A stretch of 30,015 bases of DNA from Candidatus Korobacteraceae bacterium (GCA_052147365.1 JBKQKT010000028.1:1-30015), one strand, 5' to 3'. Numbered from the stretch's first letter, positions 1 through 9,161 are shown. Numbers and translations: made by a program. Notes: generated by a model from the letters alone, not told the origin.

Positions 1-1
1 C

Positions 2-1450
2 CACGCCCATCTTGGAGCCAAAATCGGGGAGTCGTGAGGCGTGGTCCAGCGAATCCACCGGGCCGAGCGTGAACTGGATGTCGCGTTCGGGATCGATATT
101 GTTCAACACCTTCAGCGTGACGTCCGCGAGATCCTGCACGTTGACGTCCTCGTCTACCACCAGGATGCATTTGGTGGACATCGCCTGACCCAGCGCCCAG
201 ATGCCGTTCATCACCTTGCGCGCCTGGCCGGGATACGATTTCCTGATGGAGACGATCATCAGGTTGTGAAAGATACCCTCGATCGGCAGGTTCACGTCCA
301 CGATTTCGGGGATGGTGAGCCGCATCAGCGGCAGGAAGATTCGCTCCACGGCTTTGCCCATCCATGCGTCTTCCATCGGGGGCTTGCCGACGATGGTCGT
401 CGAGTAAATCGGATCCTTGCGGTGCGTGATGCAGGTAACGTGGAAGACAGGATAGAGGTCCTGCGGCGTGTAAAAACCGGTGTGGTCGCCGAAGGGGCCT
501 TCCATTCGTAACTCGTCGAGCTGCACGTAGCCTTCGAGGACGATCTCGGAGGTCGCGGGAACTTCGAGGTCAACCGTCTCGCACTTCACGAGCTCCACCG
601 GCTTCTGCCGCAGGAAGCCGGCGATCATGAACTCCTCGATATCGGGCGGCGCTGGCACGATAGACGAGAACATCACGGCCGGCTCAGTGCCGATGGCAAC
701 CGCGACTTCCATTCTTCCCGCAACCTGCTTCCCTTCGGCGACGCGCGAGCCGCCGCTGGAGCGCGCCATCATGTCGAGGGCCGCGGTAACGGGATGGGGT
801 TCTCCCGCCGCCGCAGCTTTGCGCATCTGTTCGCGATAATGCTCGGCGCCGTGCTTCTGTCGCTGCCAGTGCATCCCTGCGCTGGTGCTGTCGTAGATTT
901 GCATACGATAGACGCCGACATTGCGCTTGCCCGTCTTAGGGTCTTTCGTGATGACCGAAGGCAGCGTGATGAAGCGCCCGCCGTCGAGGGGCCAGCATTG
1001 CAATATCGGAAAATCGAGTAGCGAGAACTTGTCACGCTTTATGACTTCTTTGCACGGCCCGGTGGCGACTTCTTTGGGGAAGAACTTGCCCATCTCGGCC
1101 AGCATGGGCAGCATCTTGATTTTGTCGAGGAAACCCTGTGGCGATTTCACGTCCATGAAGTACTTGATACGGTCGGCAATTTCGTCCAACGAATCGACAT
1201 CGAGCGCCAGCTTCATGCGGCGTTCTGAACCAAACTGGTTAATCAGCAGCTTCGCGCCCGCATAGCCCTTGATGTTTTCAAACAGCAGCGCAGGCCCTCC
1301 AGGGCCATGCTTGCCACGTGGTCCCCACTTGGAGACGCGGTCGGTAATCTCGGCGATCTCCAGCACAGGATCAGCTCCCGCCTTGATACGTATCAGTTCT
1401 CCCGCCTTGTCCAGCGCGGAAATCCATTCCCTCAGGTCGTAGTAGGCCAA
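2..1450 (-). CDS. ubiD: UbiD-family (prFMN-dependent) decarboxylase, possibly the menaquinone/futalosine-pathway type; C-terminus runs off the window
   Basis: Not in the ORF track. Manual minus-strand translation from TTG at 1450 gives MAYYDLREWISALDKAGELIRIKAGADPVLEIAEITDRVSK...GPGGPALLFENIKG, a typical UbiD N-terminus. Later motifs include EGPFGDHTGFY and, at the window edge, DHASRLPDFGSKMGV in the same frame. Confidence 0.9.
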   Translation of the reverse strand, partial: MAYYDLREWISALDKAGELIRIKAGADPVLEIAEITDRVSKWGPRGKHGPGGPALLFENIKGYAGAKLLINQFGSERRMKLALDVDSLDEIADRIKYFMDVKSPQGFLDKIKMLPMLAEMGKFFPKEVATGPCKEVIKRDKFSLLDFPILQCWPLDGGRFITLPSVITKDPKTGKRNVGVYRMQIYDSTSAGMHWQRQKHGAEHYREQMRKAAAAGEPHPVTAALDMMARSSGGSRVAEGKQVAGRMEVAVAIGTEPAVMFSSIVPAPPDIEEFMIAGFLRQKPVELVKCETVDLEVPATSEIVLEGYVQLDELRMEGPFGDHTGFYTPQDLYPVFHVTCITHRKDPIYSTTIVGKPPMEDAWMGKAVERIFLPLMRLTIPEIVDVNLPIEGIFHNLMIVSIRKSYPGQARKVMNGIWALGQAMSTKCILVVDEDVNVQDLADVTLKVLNNIDPERDIQFTLGPVDSLDHASRLPDFGSKMGV

Positions 1451-1608
1451 CTCAGCCTCGCTTTAGTGGCAGACAACGCCGCAGCCGATTTCAGGTTCAA
1501 ACGTCCCCAAGGATTATAGAGGTGCCAGCGAAAGGCAGTGAGCGAAGAGTGACCTGCTGGCATGTGAACCGGGGGCCCATGGTGGATTCCAGACTGCAAA
1601 TATATTGC

Positions 1609-1698
1609 CAACAATTCACCCAAAGTGCCTTGCACTTACACCCGAATGGTTTAGAATGACCCAATTCAGTATGTGGGGAGAGTCGTGGTGAATTGTTG
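1609..1698. repeat. Perfect 12-bp inverted repeat flanking the putative promoter
   Basis: CAACAATTCACC (1609-1620) and GGTGAATTGTTG (1687-1698) are exact reverse complements. An inner palindrome AAGTGC-ctt-GCACTT lies at 1623-1637. Confidence 0.8.
1630..1657 (+). promoter_or_regulatory. Putative sigma70 promoter for the 1890-9107 operon
   Basis: TTGCAC (1630-1635), 16 nt spacer, TAGAAT (1652-1657); implies a leader of about 225 nt. Motif match only. Confidence 0.4.
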
Positions 1699-1889
1699 TC
1701 CTCCCGCGACGATGTTTTCAATAGACGCAACTTTATTGCAAAGATTGATTTTGCCGTGAGAGTTTTCACCCGTTTCGGCCGTCTCTGCAAAATTCACGCC
1801 CTCGGTTCGCCCTCGCTGTTCGCACACGCACGGAATACAATTGAAAACAGGCCACTGGGAGATCTATTCAACTTCTATAGGAGATCGCT

Positions 1890-3722
1890 ATGCCCGTGAC
1901 TCAGATCGATTTTCCGCTAGATAGACTGACACAACCGCAAACCGAAGAAGAGATACAGCGCAAGCTGGCGCAAGAGCGCGCCCGGCTGGCCAGCATGATG
2001 GGCCTTGACAGCGGCCCGGTTCGCCACTTCAAGCGCCCCGCGGAACGTCCTTTCGGTGCGGAAGAGCGCGGGAAGGTAACCATCCTCTTCGGCGGCCTGA
2101 CCTGGAAGCATGAACGGGTCATCCAGGCCGTCTTCCAAGGCTGCGGCTATCGCTGCGAGATCCTGCCGGTTCCCAATGTCTCGGCATTCCAGTTGGGCAA
2201 GGAATACGGCAATAACGGGCAGTGCAATCCGACGTATTTCACCGTTGGCAATCTGGTGCAGTATCTCCAGAGTCTTGAAGCCCGCGGGATGAGCAAGCAG
2301 GAGATCATTGATAATCACGTTTTCTTCACCGCCGGGTCCTGCGGACCGTGCCGCTTCGGCATGTATGAGTCCGAGTATCGCCTGGCTCTGCAGAACGCCG
2401 GTTTTGACGGTTTCCGGGTGCTGCTCTTCCAACAGAACGACGGCGTGAAGGCGGCTTCAGGCGAGTCCGGTCTTAAGTTCACTGTGGACTTCGGGATGGG
2501 CATGTTCAACGCCCTTAATCTCGGCGACATCATGAACGAGATGATCTACCGCATCCGGCCATACGAGGCGGAGAAGGGGACAACCGATCGCGTCTTCCAG
2601 GAGTCAATGGACACGTTGTGCACCATGCTGCGGGAGCGCAAGCCCTTCGAAGATCATGAAGACCTGCCGGAGTGGATGGCGAAGAAAATCCGCGCCAACA
2701 AAGGCAAAAAGTGGGAGGTCTGGGTCAACTCTCTGGCGAAAGTCCGCGAACAACTTTATGGCGATCCTTATAAGGAGGCGCTGGCTGCGGTCCGCCAGCA
2801 AATGGCAACCATCGAGGTGGATCGTTTGCGAGTGAAGCCAGTGGTCAAGATCATAGGCGAGTTCTGGGCACAGATCACCGAGGGCGACGGCAATTTCCAC
2901 ATGTTCGAGTTCCTCGAGCGGGAGGGTGCCCAAGTATTGGTCGAACCGATTGGCACCTGGATCATGTACATGATGTACCAGGTCAAGGCGCGTGCCGCGG
3001 CTCGCCGCTCGCTCGATGCTCCGTACAAGAAGGTGCAGTGGTATGAGCTGCACAAGATGGCGGTGAACGAGCTGAAATTCCGCCAGAAGCAGTGGTTGCT
3101 TGGCATCGGCGAGCACTTTTATGCGCGACAGTACCATCGCATCGTGGATGGACTGGGCAGCATAGCCCACCATTTGGTGGACCAGAAAGAAATGGCCGCG
3201 ATGGCCAACCCGTTCTACAACGAATTCGCCCGTGGCGGCGAAGGCCACCTGGAGGTGGGGAAGAACGTCTACTACACCAAGAACCAGCTCTGTCACATGG
3301 TGCTGGCCCTGAAGCCATTCGGGTGCATGCCTTCATCGCAGTCGGACGGCGTGCAGTCGGCGGTGGCAAACCACTTCAAGGAGATGATCTTCCTGCCCAT
3401 CGAAACTTCGGGAGAAGGCGAGATCAACGCCCACAGCCGCGTCCAGATGGCGCTAGGCGAGGCGAAAGTCAAAGCCCGCATGGAGTTCGATCAAGCGTTA
3501 AAGTCCACCGGCAAGCGCCTGGAGGACATCAAAGAGTACGTGGCCGAACATCCGGAGCTGCGCAACCTGTTCTATCCGGTGCCACACGTGCATGGATATG
3601 CGGGCATAGCAGCGAATTTTGTGCTGCACGTCAGCGATCTGATGAACGGCAAGAAGCGTCTCGCACGAGTGCCGGTGAAGGCCCCGAAGCAGCTGGAGGT
3701 AGCCACAGCCTTCGGCGACTAG
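1890..3722 (+). CDS. 2-hydroxyacyl-CoA dehydratase/reductase-like Fe-S protein (COG3581-like; PlsR-like)
   Basis: 610 aa with RBS TATAGGAG. Family motifs CNPTYFTVGNL, TAGSCGPCRFGMY, IIGEFW and LKPFGCMPS resemble the reductase partner of CoA-activase (PlsA) systems. Confidence 0.8.
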   Translation: MPVTQIDFPLDRLTQPQTEEEIQRKLAQERARLASMMGLDSGPVRHFKRPAERPFGAEERGKVTILFGGLTWKHERVIQAVFQGCGYRCEILPVPNVSAFQLGKEYGNNGQCNPTYFTVGNLVQYLQSLEARGMSKQEIIDNHVFFTAGSCGPCRFGMYESEYRLALQNAGFDGFRVLLFQQNDGVKAASGESGLKFTVDFGMGMFNALNLGDIMNEMIYRIRPYEAEKGTTDRVFQESMDTLCTMLRERKPFEDHEDLPEWMAKKIRANKGKKWEVWVNSLAKVREQLYGDPYKEALAAVRQQMATIEVDRLRVKPVVKIIGEFWAQITEGDGNFHMFEFLEREGAQVLVEPIGTWIMYMMYQVKARAAARRSLDAPYKKVQWYELHKMAVNELKFRQKQWLLGIGEHFYARQYHRIVDGLGSIAHHLVDQKEMAAMANPFYNEFARGGEGHLEVGKNVYYTKNQLCHMVLALKPFGCMPSSQSDGVQSAVANHFKEMIFLPIETSGEGEINAHSRVQMALGEAKVKARMEFDQALKSTGKRLEDIKEYVAEHPELRNLFYPVPHVHGYAGIAANFVLHVSDLMNGKKRLARVPVKAPKQLEVATAFGD

Positions 3723-3777
3723 TAGGCGGTTCTTTCATCAGGGTAAACATTCTTAGGAAAGAAAGGTCATTCACCCC

Positions 3778-5091
3778 ATGCCTGAAGTGGAGATACCGAA
3801 GGGTCCTGAAACACCCCCGTCGTATCGCCTTGATGTTCAACTACACGAGCTGCTGATGAAGCCGCCGGAACAGCCCCGGCTGCTGCCTGCTCCGCCCAAT
3901 GGCAAGGAGCAGAAGCTGCCGACGCCGGTATTTCCGCAGCATCCCGAGCTGATGACCGCGCGGGATGAGGACTACTTCCCCAAGAAAACCCATAACGGAC
4001 ACCGCACGCACAGCGCCAAGCACATCTACCGCGCGGCCAAGGGATGGGCGTTCCCGTTCTTCCGCTCGCGGATTATGCCCGGCGAATTTCACCCCATAAT
4101 CGCCTACCTGTTCAATGAGTGGAAATGCAACCTCGATTGCCACTATTGCTGGGCGTTCGATAACAGTGTTCGCGGCATGACCGAGGACGTGGCCAAGCGA
4201 TCCATCGACTGGCTGCACGACACCGGATGCCGGGTGCTGGCACTGATGGGCGGCGAGCCGCTGCTCCGACCCGACTTCGCCCACAAGATCTGCTACTACG
4301 CGGCGAAGAATGACTTTTGGATCTACTTGCCGACCAACGCCCGCCTGATGCGTCCGGAGGTGATCGACAAGTTGGCGGACGCCGGCGTTGCCACCTTCAA
4401 CATCGCGGTTGATGCATGGGACGTCAAACCCGGCCTGCCGAAGGCCATGGTGCCCATCCGCTCTTACTTCGATTACCTGATCAAGAAGCAGTACAAGTAC
4501 GGCTACTCGGTGTTCCTCAACATCAACATTTGCCACAACAATATGGACGATGTGCGGCAGTTGACGGAGTTGGCGCACGACAGCGGCATCGCCACCGACT
4601 ATCACATCTGCGAGTCGCCGATGACCGAGCAGCCTCACTTCAAGCATCTGTACTCGAACCCGACCTTCATCCGGGAGGAAGACCACCCGCTGGTGGCCGA
4701 GCTGGTGGACTGGCTGATCGCAAAGCAGAAGTCGGGCTACCACATGGTGAACTCGGTGGAGCGCCTGGCGCAGATGAAGGAATTCGTCCAGGGCGAACTT
4801 GATGACTGGAACTGCCGCGCGGGACACAACTCGCTGATTGTTCGCGTGGACGGCACGCTGGCGCCCTGCTTCCCCATGTATTCGGCAGGATATGACTGGG
4901 GAACGATTGAGAATCACAAGTTTGAAAATACGCAGTTGAAGGAAATGAAGAAAGAGTGCCAGAAGAATTGCTTCTCGACGCTGAACCACATCCTCGCGTT
5001 CTGCTACAACGATCGGCGGGTAATTACCTGGCTGTTGCGACAGGCCAGGCATGGGTTCCGGCACGTGGACGGCAACTTCGGCGATTCTTAG
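3778..5091 (+). CDS. Radical SAM protein with a C-terminal SPASM/twitch-like auxiliary cluster region
   Basis: CxxxCxxC motif CNLDCHYC (4126-4149), GGEPLL motif, and C-terminal CRAGHNSLIVRVDGTLAPC...CQKNC. The Pro-rich N-terminal extension makes the start uncertain. Confidence 0.92.
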   Translation: MPEVEIPKGPETPPSYRLDVQLHELLMKPPEQPRLLPAPPNGKEQKLPTPVFPQHPELMTARDEDYFPKKTHNGHRTHSAKHIYRAAKGWAFPFFRSRIMPGEFHPIIAYLFNEWKCNLDCHYCWAFDNSVRGMTEDVAKRSIDWLHDTGCRVLALMGGEPLLRPDFAHKICYYAAKNDFWIYLPTNARLMRPEVIDKLADAGVATFNIAVDAWDVKPGLPKAMVPIRSYFDYLIKKQYKYGYSVFLNINICHNNMDDVRQLTELAHDSGIATDYHICESPMTEQPHFKHLYSNPTFIREEDHPLVAELVDWLIAKQKSGYHMVNSVERLAQMKEFVQGELDDWNCRAGHNSLIVRVDGTLAPCFPMYSAGYDWGTIENHKFENTQLKEMKKECQKNCFSTLNHILAFCYNDRRVITWLLRQARHGFRHVDGNFGDS

Positions 5092-5115
5092 CCGTTTGGA
5101 TTTATAGGAGACACG

Positions 5116-8100
5116 GTGGCTTCACATTCTCACCAACACGGTTCCTGTAGCACGGGGGAGCAGAAAGTTGATGTTCAACTGGATGCTCTACTGAATTCGG
5201 CGCCCGTTGAAGAGTCGCTGCCGGCGCGGGTGATGGCCCGCTCCCGCGAAGTGAGCGCACAGTCCGGGCACAAGGCCGTCTATACCGTCGGCATGGATGT
5301 CGGGTCGACGACGGTCAAGGCTGTGGTGGTCAGTACTGAGGATGACCAGATCATCTGGCAGGACTACCAGCGCCACGAGACCAAACAGCCGGAGAAGCTG
5401 CTGGAGTTCCTCAAACGCATGCAGGAGGAAGTCGGCATTGCTCCGCACAATTGCCGCATCTTTATCACCGGCTCGGGCGGAGGCGCGCTGGCTAATCTGG
5501 TCGGCGCCAAGTTTGTACAGGAAGTCACCGCAGTCTCGCTCGCCGTCGAAAAGCTGCATCCCGAAGTGAATTCGGTGATCGAGCTGGGCGGTCAGGACGC
5601 AAAGATCATCGTCTTCAAAGAGGACGAGAACACCGGTCGCAAGAAGAAAATCCCTTCGATGAACGACAAATGCGCGGGCGGCACTGGCGCGGTGATCGAC
5701 AAGATCAATGCCAAGCTGAAAATTCCCGCCCAGGAACTCTGCGACCAGGGCTACATAGGAATCAAGTTGCATCCCGTGGCCGGCAAGTGCGGCGTCTTCG
5801 CCGAAACCGACATAAACGGCCTCCAGAAGCAGGGCATCCCACCCGATCAACTGATGGCGTCATTGTTCGACGCCATCGTTCTCCAGAACCTCACTGTATT
5901 AACTCGCGGCCACACTCTGCGCCCACACGTCCTGCTTCTTGGAGGCCCCAACAGTTTCATTCGCGGCATGAAAGAGGCCTGGCAGCAAAACATCCCGCGC
6001 ACCTGGGAGGAACGCAAAGTCCAGCTTCCCGAGGGATGCAAGCCGGAAGATCTGATCAAGGTCCCGGATAACGCCCAGTATTTTGCAGCCCTGGGCGCGG
6101 TTGAGTTTGGTAAGGACGAGGATACTGAAGTCGGTATTTACATGGGCACCGAGTGCCTTGAGGACTACATCTCTGTCGGCCGGCAGGTCGAAAAGGCGAA
6201 ATCCGGCAGTGCGGGTCTGAGCACCTCGGACGAAGAGCTGGCTGGATTTAAGCAGCAATACACGATTCCCAAGTTCATTGGCGCGAAGTTCGGCGTGGGC
6301 GAAACGGTGCGTGGATTTGTCGGCTTGGACGGTGGCTCGACATCGACCAAAGCGGTCCTGCTCTCGGAACAGGGCGACGTGCTGTGCAAGGCATATCAAC
6401 TGTCGGGTGGTAACCCGATCCAGGACACCATTGACATGTTTGTGGCGCTCCGCCAGCAGGTGGAGTCGCAGGGAGCGACGCTGGAGGTACTGGGGATCGG
6501 CACCACCGGATACGCCAAGGACGTTCTAAAGGACGTGCTCAAGGCCGATGTCGGGCTGGTCGAAACCGTAGCCCACACTGAATCGGCCATGAAGTTCTAC
6601 AAGAACCCGCACGTTATCGTGGATGTTGGTGGTCAGGACATCAAGCTGATCGTCCTCAAGGACGGGCGCGTCAAGGACTTCAAGCTGAACACGCAGTGCT
6701 CGGCAGGCAACGGGTACTTCCTGCAAGGTACAGCGGAGTCGCTCGGCTACAAAGTGGACGAATACGCCGACATCGCGTTTTCGGCCCAGACCATGCCGAT
6801 CTTCGGCTATGGCTGCGCGGTGTTTATGCAGTCCGACATTGTCAACTTCCAGCGGCAGGGCTGGCGTGGCGAAGAAATTCTCGCGGGTCTCGCAAATGTT
6901 CTGCCGAAGAACATCTTCCTTTATGTCGCGGGGATCCCGAACCTGGCCAAGCTGGGCTCGCGCTTCATCCTGCAGGGCGGGACGCAGAAGAACCTGGCGG
7001 CGGTTAAGTCGGAAGTGGATTTCATCCGCTCGCACTTCCATGGCGTGGAGCATGATCCAGAAGTCATCGTGCACGAACATTGCGGCGAATCGGGGGCCAT
7101 TGGCGCGGCCGTCGAAGCCGGCCGACTCTACAAGAACGGCCTTCGCACAACCTTCATCGGCCTCGATGCGGTCCAGAAGATCGGTTACCGCACCACGCGC
7201 AACGAAGACACGCGCTGCTACTTCTGCAAGAACAACTGCTTGCGTACCTTTATTGATGTGAATGTTGGCGACCAGCAAGAGCCCGCCTCGCCTCTGCCGG
7301 TGTTCAAGTCGAAGGTCCCACTGCAGACGGGCGAACGGCGGTTGATCATTTCGACCTGCGAAAAAGGACAGGTCGAGGATGTCGCCCAGATGCGTGGCAT
7401 CAAGGCCGGCTTAGACGCAATAAAAAATGCCAATCCTAACTTCGTCGACATTGCCGCTCGCGAAGTGTGGCGCTCACGAAATCCGCAGAAAGTTGCCGAC
7501 CCGATTCCTACGCGGCGTACCTGGAGCTCATCCGTCAAGCAGCGCATCGCGCTGATGAGCAAGCGCTCCACCCTGCGCGTAGGCATGCCGCGCGTTCTCA
7601 ATATGTATCTGTACGCGCCGTTGTTCAGCGCCTACCTCGAGAGCCTGGGCGTGGAGCCGGAGAACCTTGTCTATTCGGAGTTCACCGGCCAGGAGATGTA
7701 CCGCGCGGGCGCGGGCCGCGGGGCTATCGATCCCTGCTTCCCGTCGAAGATTGGTATCCCGCACGTTTATAACCTGATCTTCCAAAAGCACCAGAAGAAG
7801 CCGCTGGATGTCATCTTCTTCCCCATGATTGACACGATGCACCAGCCGCTGAAGAACTGCAGCGGCAGCAACGCTTGCCCCACCGTGACAGCTACGCCGA
7901 ATGCGGTGAAGGCGGCGTTCATCAAGGAGAGCGACGTCTTCAAGGAGAATGGGATTCAGTATCTCGACCCTATCCTGAACATCCACGACCCGAAGATGCT
8001 GGGCTTGCAGATGTTCCAGACCTGGGGGCCGATCCTCGGGCTGTCGGAGGAAGAAAACCAGCGCGCCCTGGAAGCAGGGCAGAAGGCCTTCGAGGACTTC

Positions 8101-8793
8101 GACCGCAGCATGCGCCAGCGTTCACGCGAAGTGCTGGACACGCTGGAGCGCGAGAACCGACTGGGCATCGTGATGCTGGGACGCGTTTATCACCATGATC
8201 CTGGCTTGAACCACGAGATCATGGAGGAGTTCCAGAAGCTCGGCTATCCCGTCTTCTCGCAGAGCTTCCTGCCCAATGACGATGACCTGCTTGACCGCCT
8301 GTTTGGCGAAGAAGTGCGCTCCGGTGGGGTCACCCATGCTCTCGACATCAAGGACGTTTGGAAAAACGCCTACTCCGGCAGCACGAATATCAAGATCTGG
8401 GCGGCGAAGTTCACCGCGCGGCACCCGAACCTGGTGGCGTTGGAAGTGAGCAATTTCAAATGCGGGCACGACGCGCCCATCTACAGCGTGATTGAAGACA
8501 TCATCGAGAATTCGGGCACGCCGTACTTTGCCTTCAAGGACCTGGACGAGAACAAGCCAACCGGCTCCATCAAGATCCGCGTCGAGACCATCGACTACTT
8601 CCTGAAACGCTACGGCGAAGACCTCCTGAAGAAGGCCGACGCCGCGAAGGAGTTGGAGCGTCAACTCGCCGAATACGAGCGCTCGCTGCGCATGCAGTTG
8701 ACGCACAAGTCCCTCCGGCAGGATGATAGGGTCATTCCGTTCCCGCAGACTGAGAACGAACCGCAAGCAACGACTGCTTCGGGAGACGACTAA
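5116..8793 (+). CDS. CoA-substrate enzyme activase: two BadF/BadG/BcrA/BcrD (ASKHA) ATPase domains plus a DUF2229-type reductase domain (PlsA/Ger-like)
   Basis: 1225 aa, GTG start after TATAGGAG. Domain 1: GMDVGSTTVK, ELGGQDAK, NDKCAGGTG, CGVFAETD. Domain 2: GLDGGSTSTK, DVGGQDIK, NTQCSAGNG, CAVFMQSD. Then a CYFCKNNC linker and a C-terminal region with VGMPRVLN, PCFPSK, CPTV and KCGHD. Confidence 0.92.
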   Translation: MASHSHQHGSCSTGEQKVDVQLDALLNSAPVEESLPARVMARSREVSAQSGHKAVYTVGMDVGSTTVKAVVVSTEDDQIIWQDYQRHETKQPEKLLEFLKRMQEEVGIAPHNCRIFITGSGGGALANLVGAKFVQEVTAVSLAVEKLHPEVNSVIELGGQDAKIIVFKEDENTGRKKKIPSMNDKCAGGTGAVIDKINAKLKIPAQELCDQGYIGIKLHPVAGKCGVFAETDINGLQKQGIPPDQLMASLFDAIVLQNLTVLTRGHTLRPHVLLLGGPNSFIRGMKEAWQQNIPRTWEERKVQLPEGCKPEDLIKVPDNAQYFAALGAVEFGKDEDTEVGIYMGTECLEDYISVGRQVEKAKSGSAGLSTSDEELAGFKQQYTIPKFIGAKFGVGETVRGFVGLDGGSTSTKAVLLSEQGDVLCKAYQLSGGNPIQDTIDMFVALRQQVESQGATLEVLGIGTTGYAKDVLKDVLKADVGLVETVAHTESAMKFYKNPHVIVDVGGQDIKLIVLKDGRVKDFKLNTQCSAGNGYFLQGTAESLGYKVDEYADIAFSAQTMPIFGYGCAVFMQSDIVNFQRQGWRGEEILAGLANVLPKNIFLYVAGIPNLAKLGSRFILQGGTQKNLAAVKSEVDFIRSHFHGVEHDPEVIVHEHCGESGAIGAAVEAGRLYKNGLRTTFIGLDAVQKIGYRTTRNEDTRCYFCKNNCLRTFIDVNVGDQQEPASPLPVFKSKVPLQTGERRLIISTCEKGQVEDVAQMRGIKAGLDAIKNANPNFVDIAAREVWRSRNPQKVADPIPTRRTWSSSVKQRIALMSKRSTLRVGMPRVLNMYLYAPLFSAYLESLGVEPENLVYSEFTGQEMYRAGAGRGAIDPCFPSKIGIPHVYNLIFQKHQKKPLDVIFFPMIDTMHQPLKNCSGSNACPTVTATPNAVKAAFIKESDVFKENGIQYLDPILNIHDPKMLGLQMFQTWGPILGLSEEENQRALEAGQKAFEDFDRSMRQRSREVLDTLERENRLGIVMLGRVYHHDPGLNHEIMEEFQKLGYPVFSQSFLPNDDDLLDRLFGEEVRSGGVTHALDIKDVWKNAYSGSTNIKIWAAKFTARHPNLVALEVSNFKCGHDAPIYSVIEDIIENSGTPYFAFKDLDENKPTGSIKIRVETIDYFLKRYGEDLLKKADAAKELERQLAEYERSLRMQLTHKSLRQDDRVIPFPQTENEPQATTASGDD

Positions 8794-8822
8794 TCCTGAA
8801 TAGTTGAATTGGGACCGAGCCC

Positions 8823-9107
8823 ATGCCCCTGACCAGTGATACCAAGAAGGTGATGTTCGAAATCTACCGCGAAAACAGCTTCGGCGGCCGCTACAGGGTG
8901 GTGTACTTCACCGAACTGGGTGAGCACGATAAAGAAACCGAAATCGCCGACGCCATGCGCGGCGAGCGAGTCTTCGATGGCTTTCTGTTACACCGCGAGC
9001 GCAACCAGGCCAAGCAGGTTGTAGATGAGATTCTCGACCGGCTGAACAGAGGTGAGCTAGTTGACGAAACCTTGATCGAGCAGAAGCTGCAGCCCTATCT
9101 GGCTTGA
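8823..9107 (+). CDS. Hypothetical protein (94 aa), probable last gene of the operon
   Basis: Co-oriented, 29 bp after the activase stop, with normal globular composition and no overlap with neighbours. No recognised motif. Confidence 0.75.
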   Translation: MPLTSDTKKVMFEIYRENSFGGRYRVVYFTELGEHDKETEIADAMRGERVFDGFLLHRERNQAKQVVDEILDRLNRGELVDETLIEQKLQPYLA

Positions 9108-9161
9108 GCCAGGGCTACCGAATCGTTCTATGAGCCCAATCTAGATGTAATCCTCTGTCGC

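Noticed and set aside
41-1519. Several plus-strand ORFs (41..511, 627..839, 794..1021, 921..1265, 1307..1519) and short minus-strand ORFs in the track
   Set aside because: They are antisense or off-frame shadows of the ubiD-family gene, which the track missed because of its TTG start and lack of a stop inside the window.
1432-1899. Short ORFs in the ubiD-operon intergenic region (1432..1635 -, 1497..1790 -, 1693..1899 +)
   Set aside because: No motifs or convincing RBS, atypical composition, and they overlap repeat-rich regulatory DNA.
3841-5064. 407-aa minus-strand ORF
   Set aside because: It is exactly antisense to the radical SAM gene, a typical artefact of high-GC codon bias, and has no motifs.
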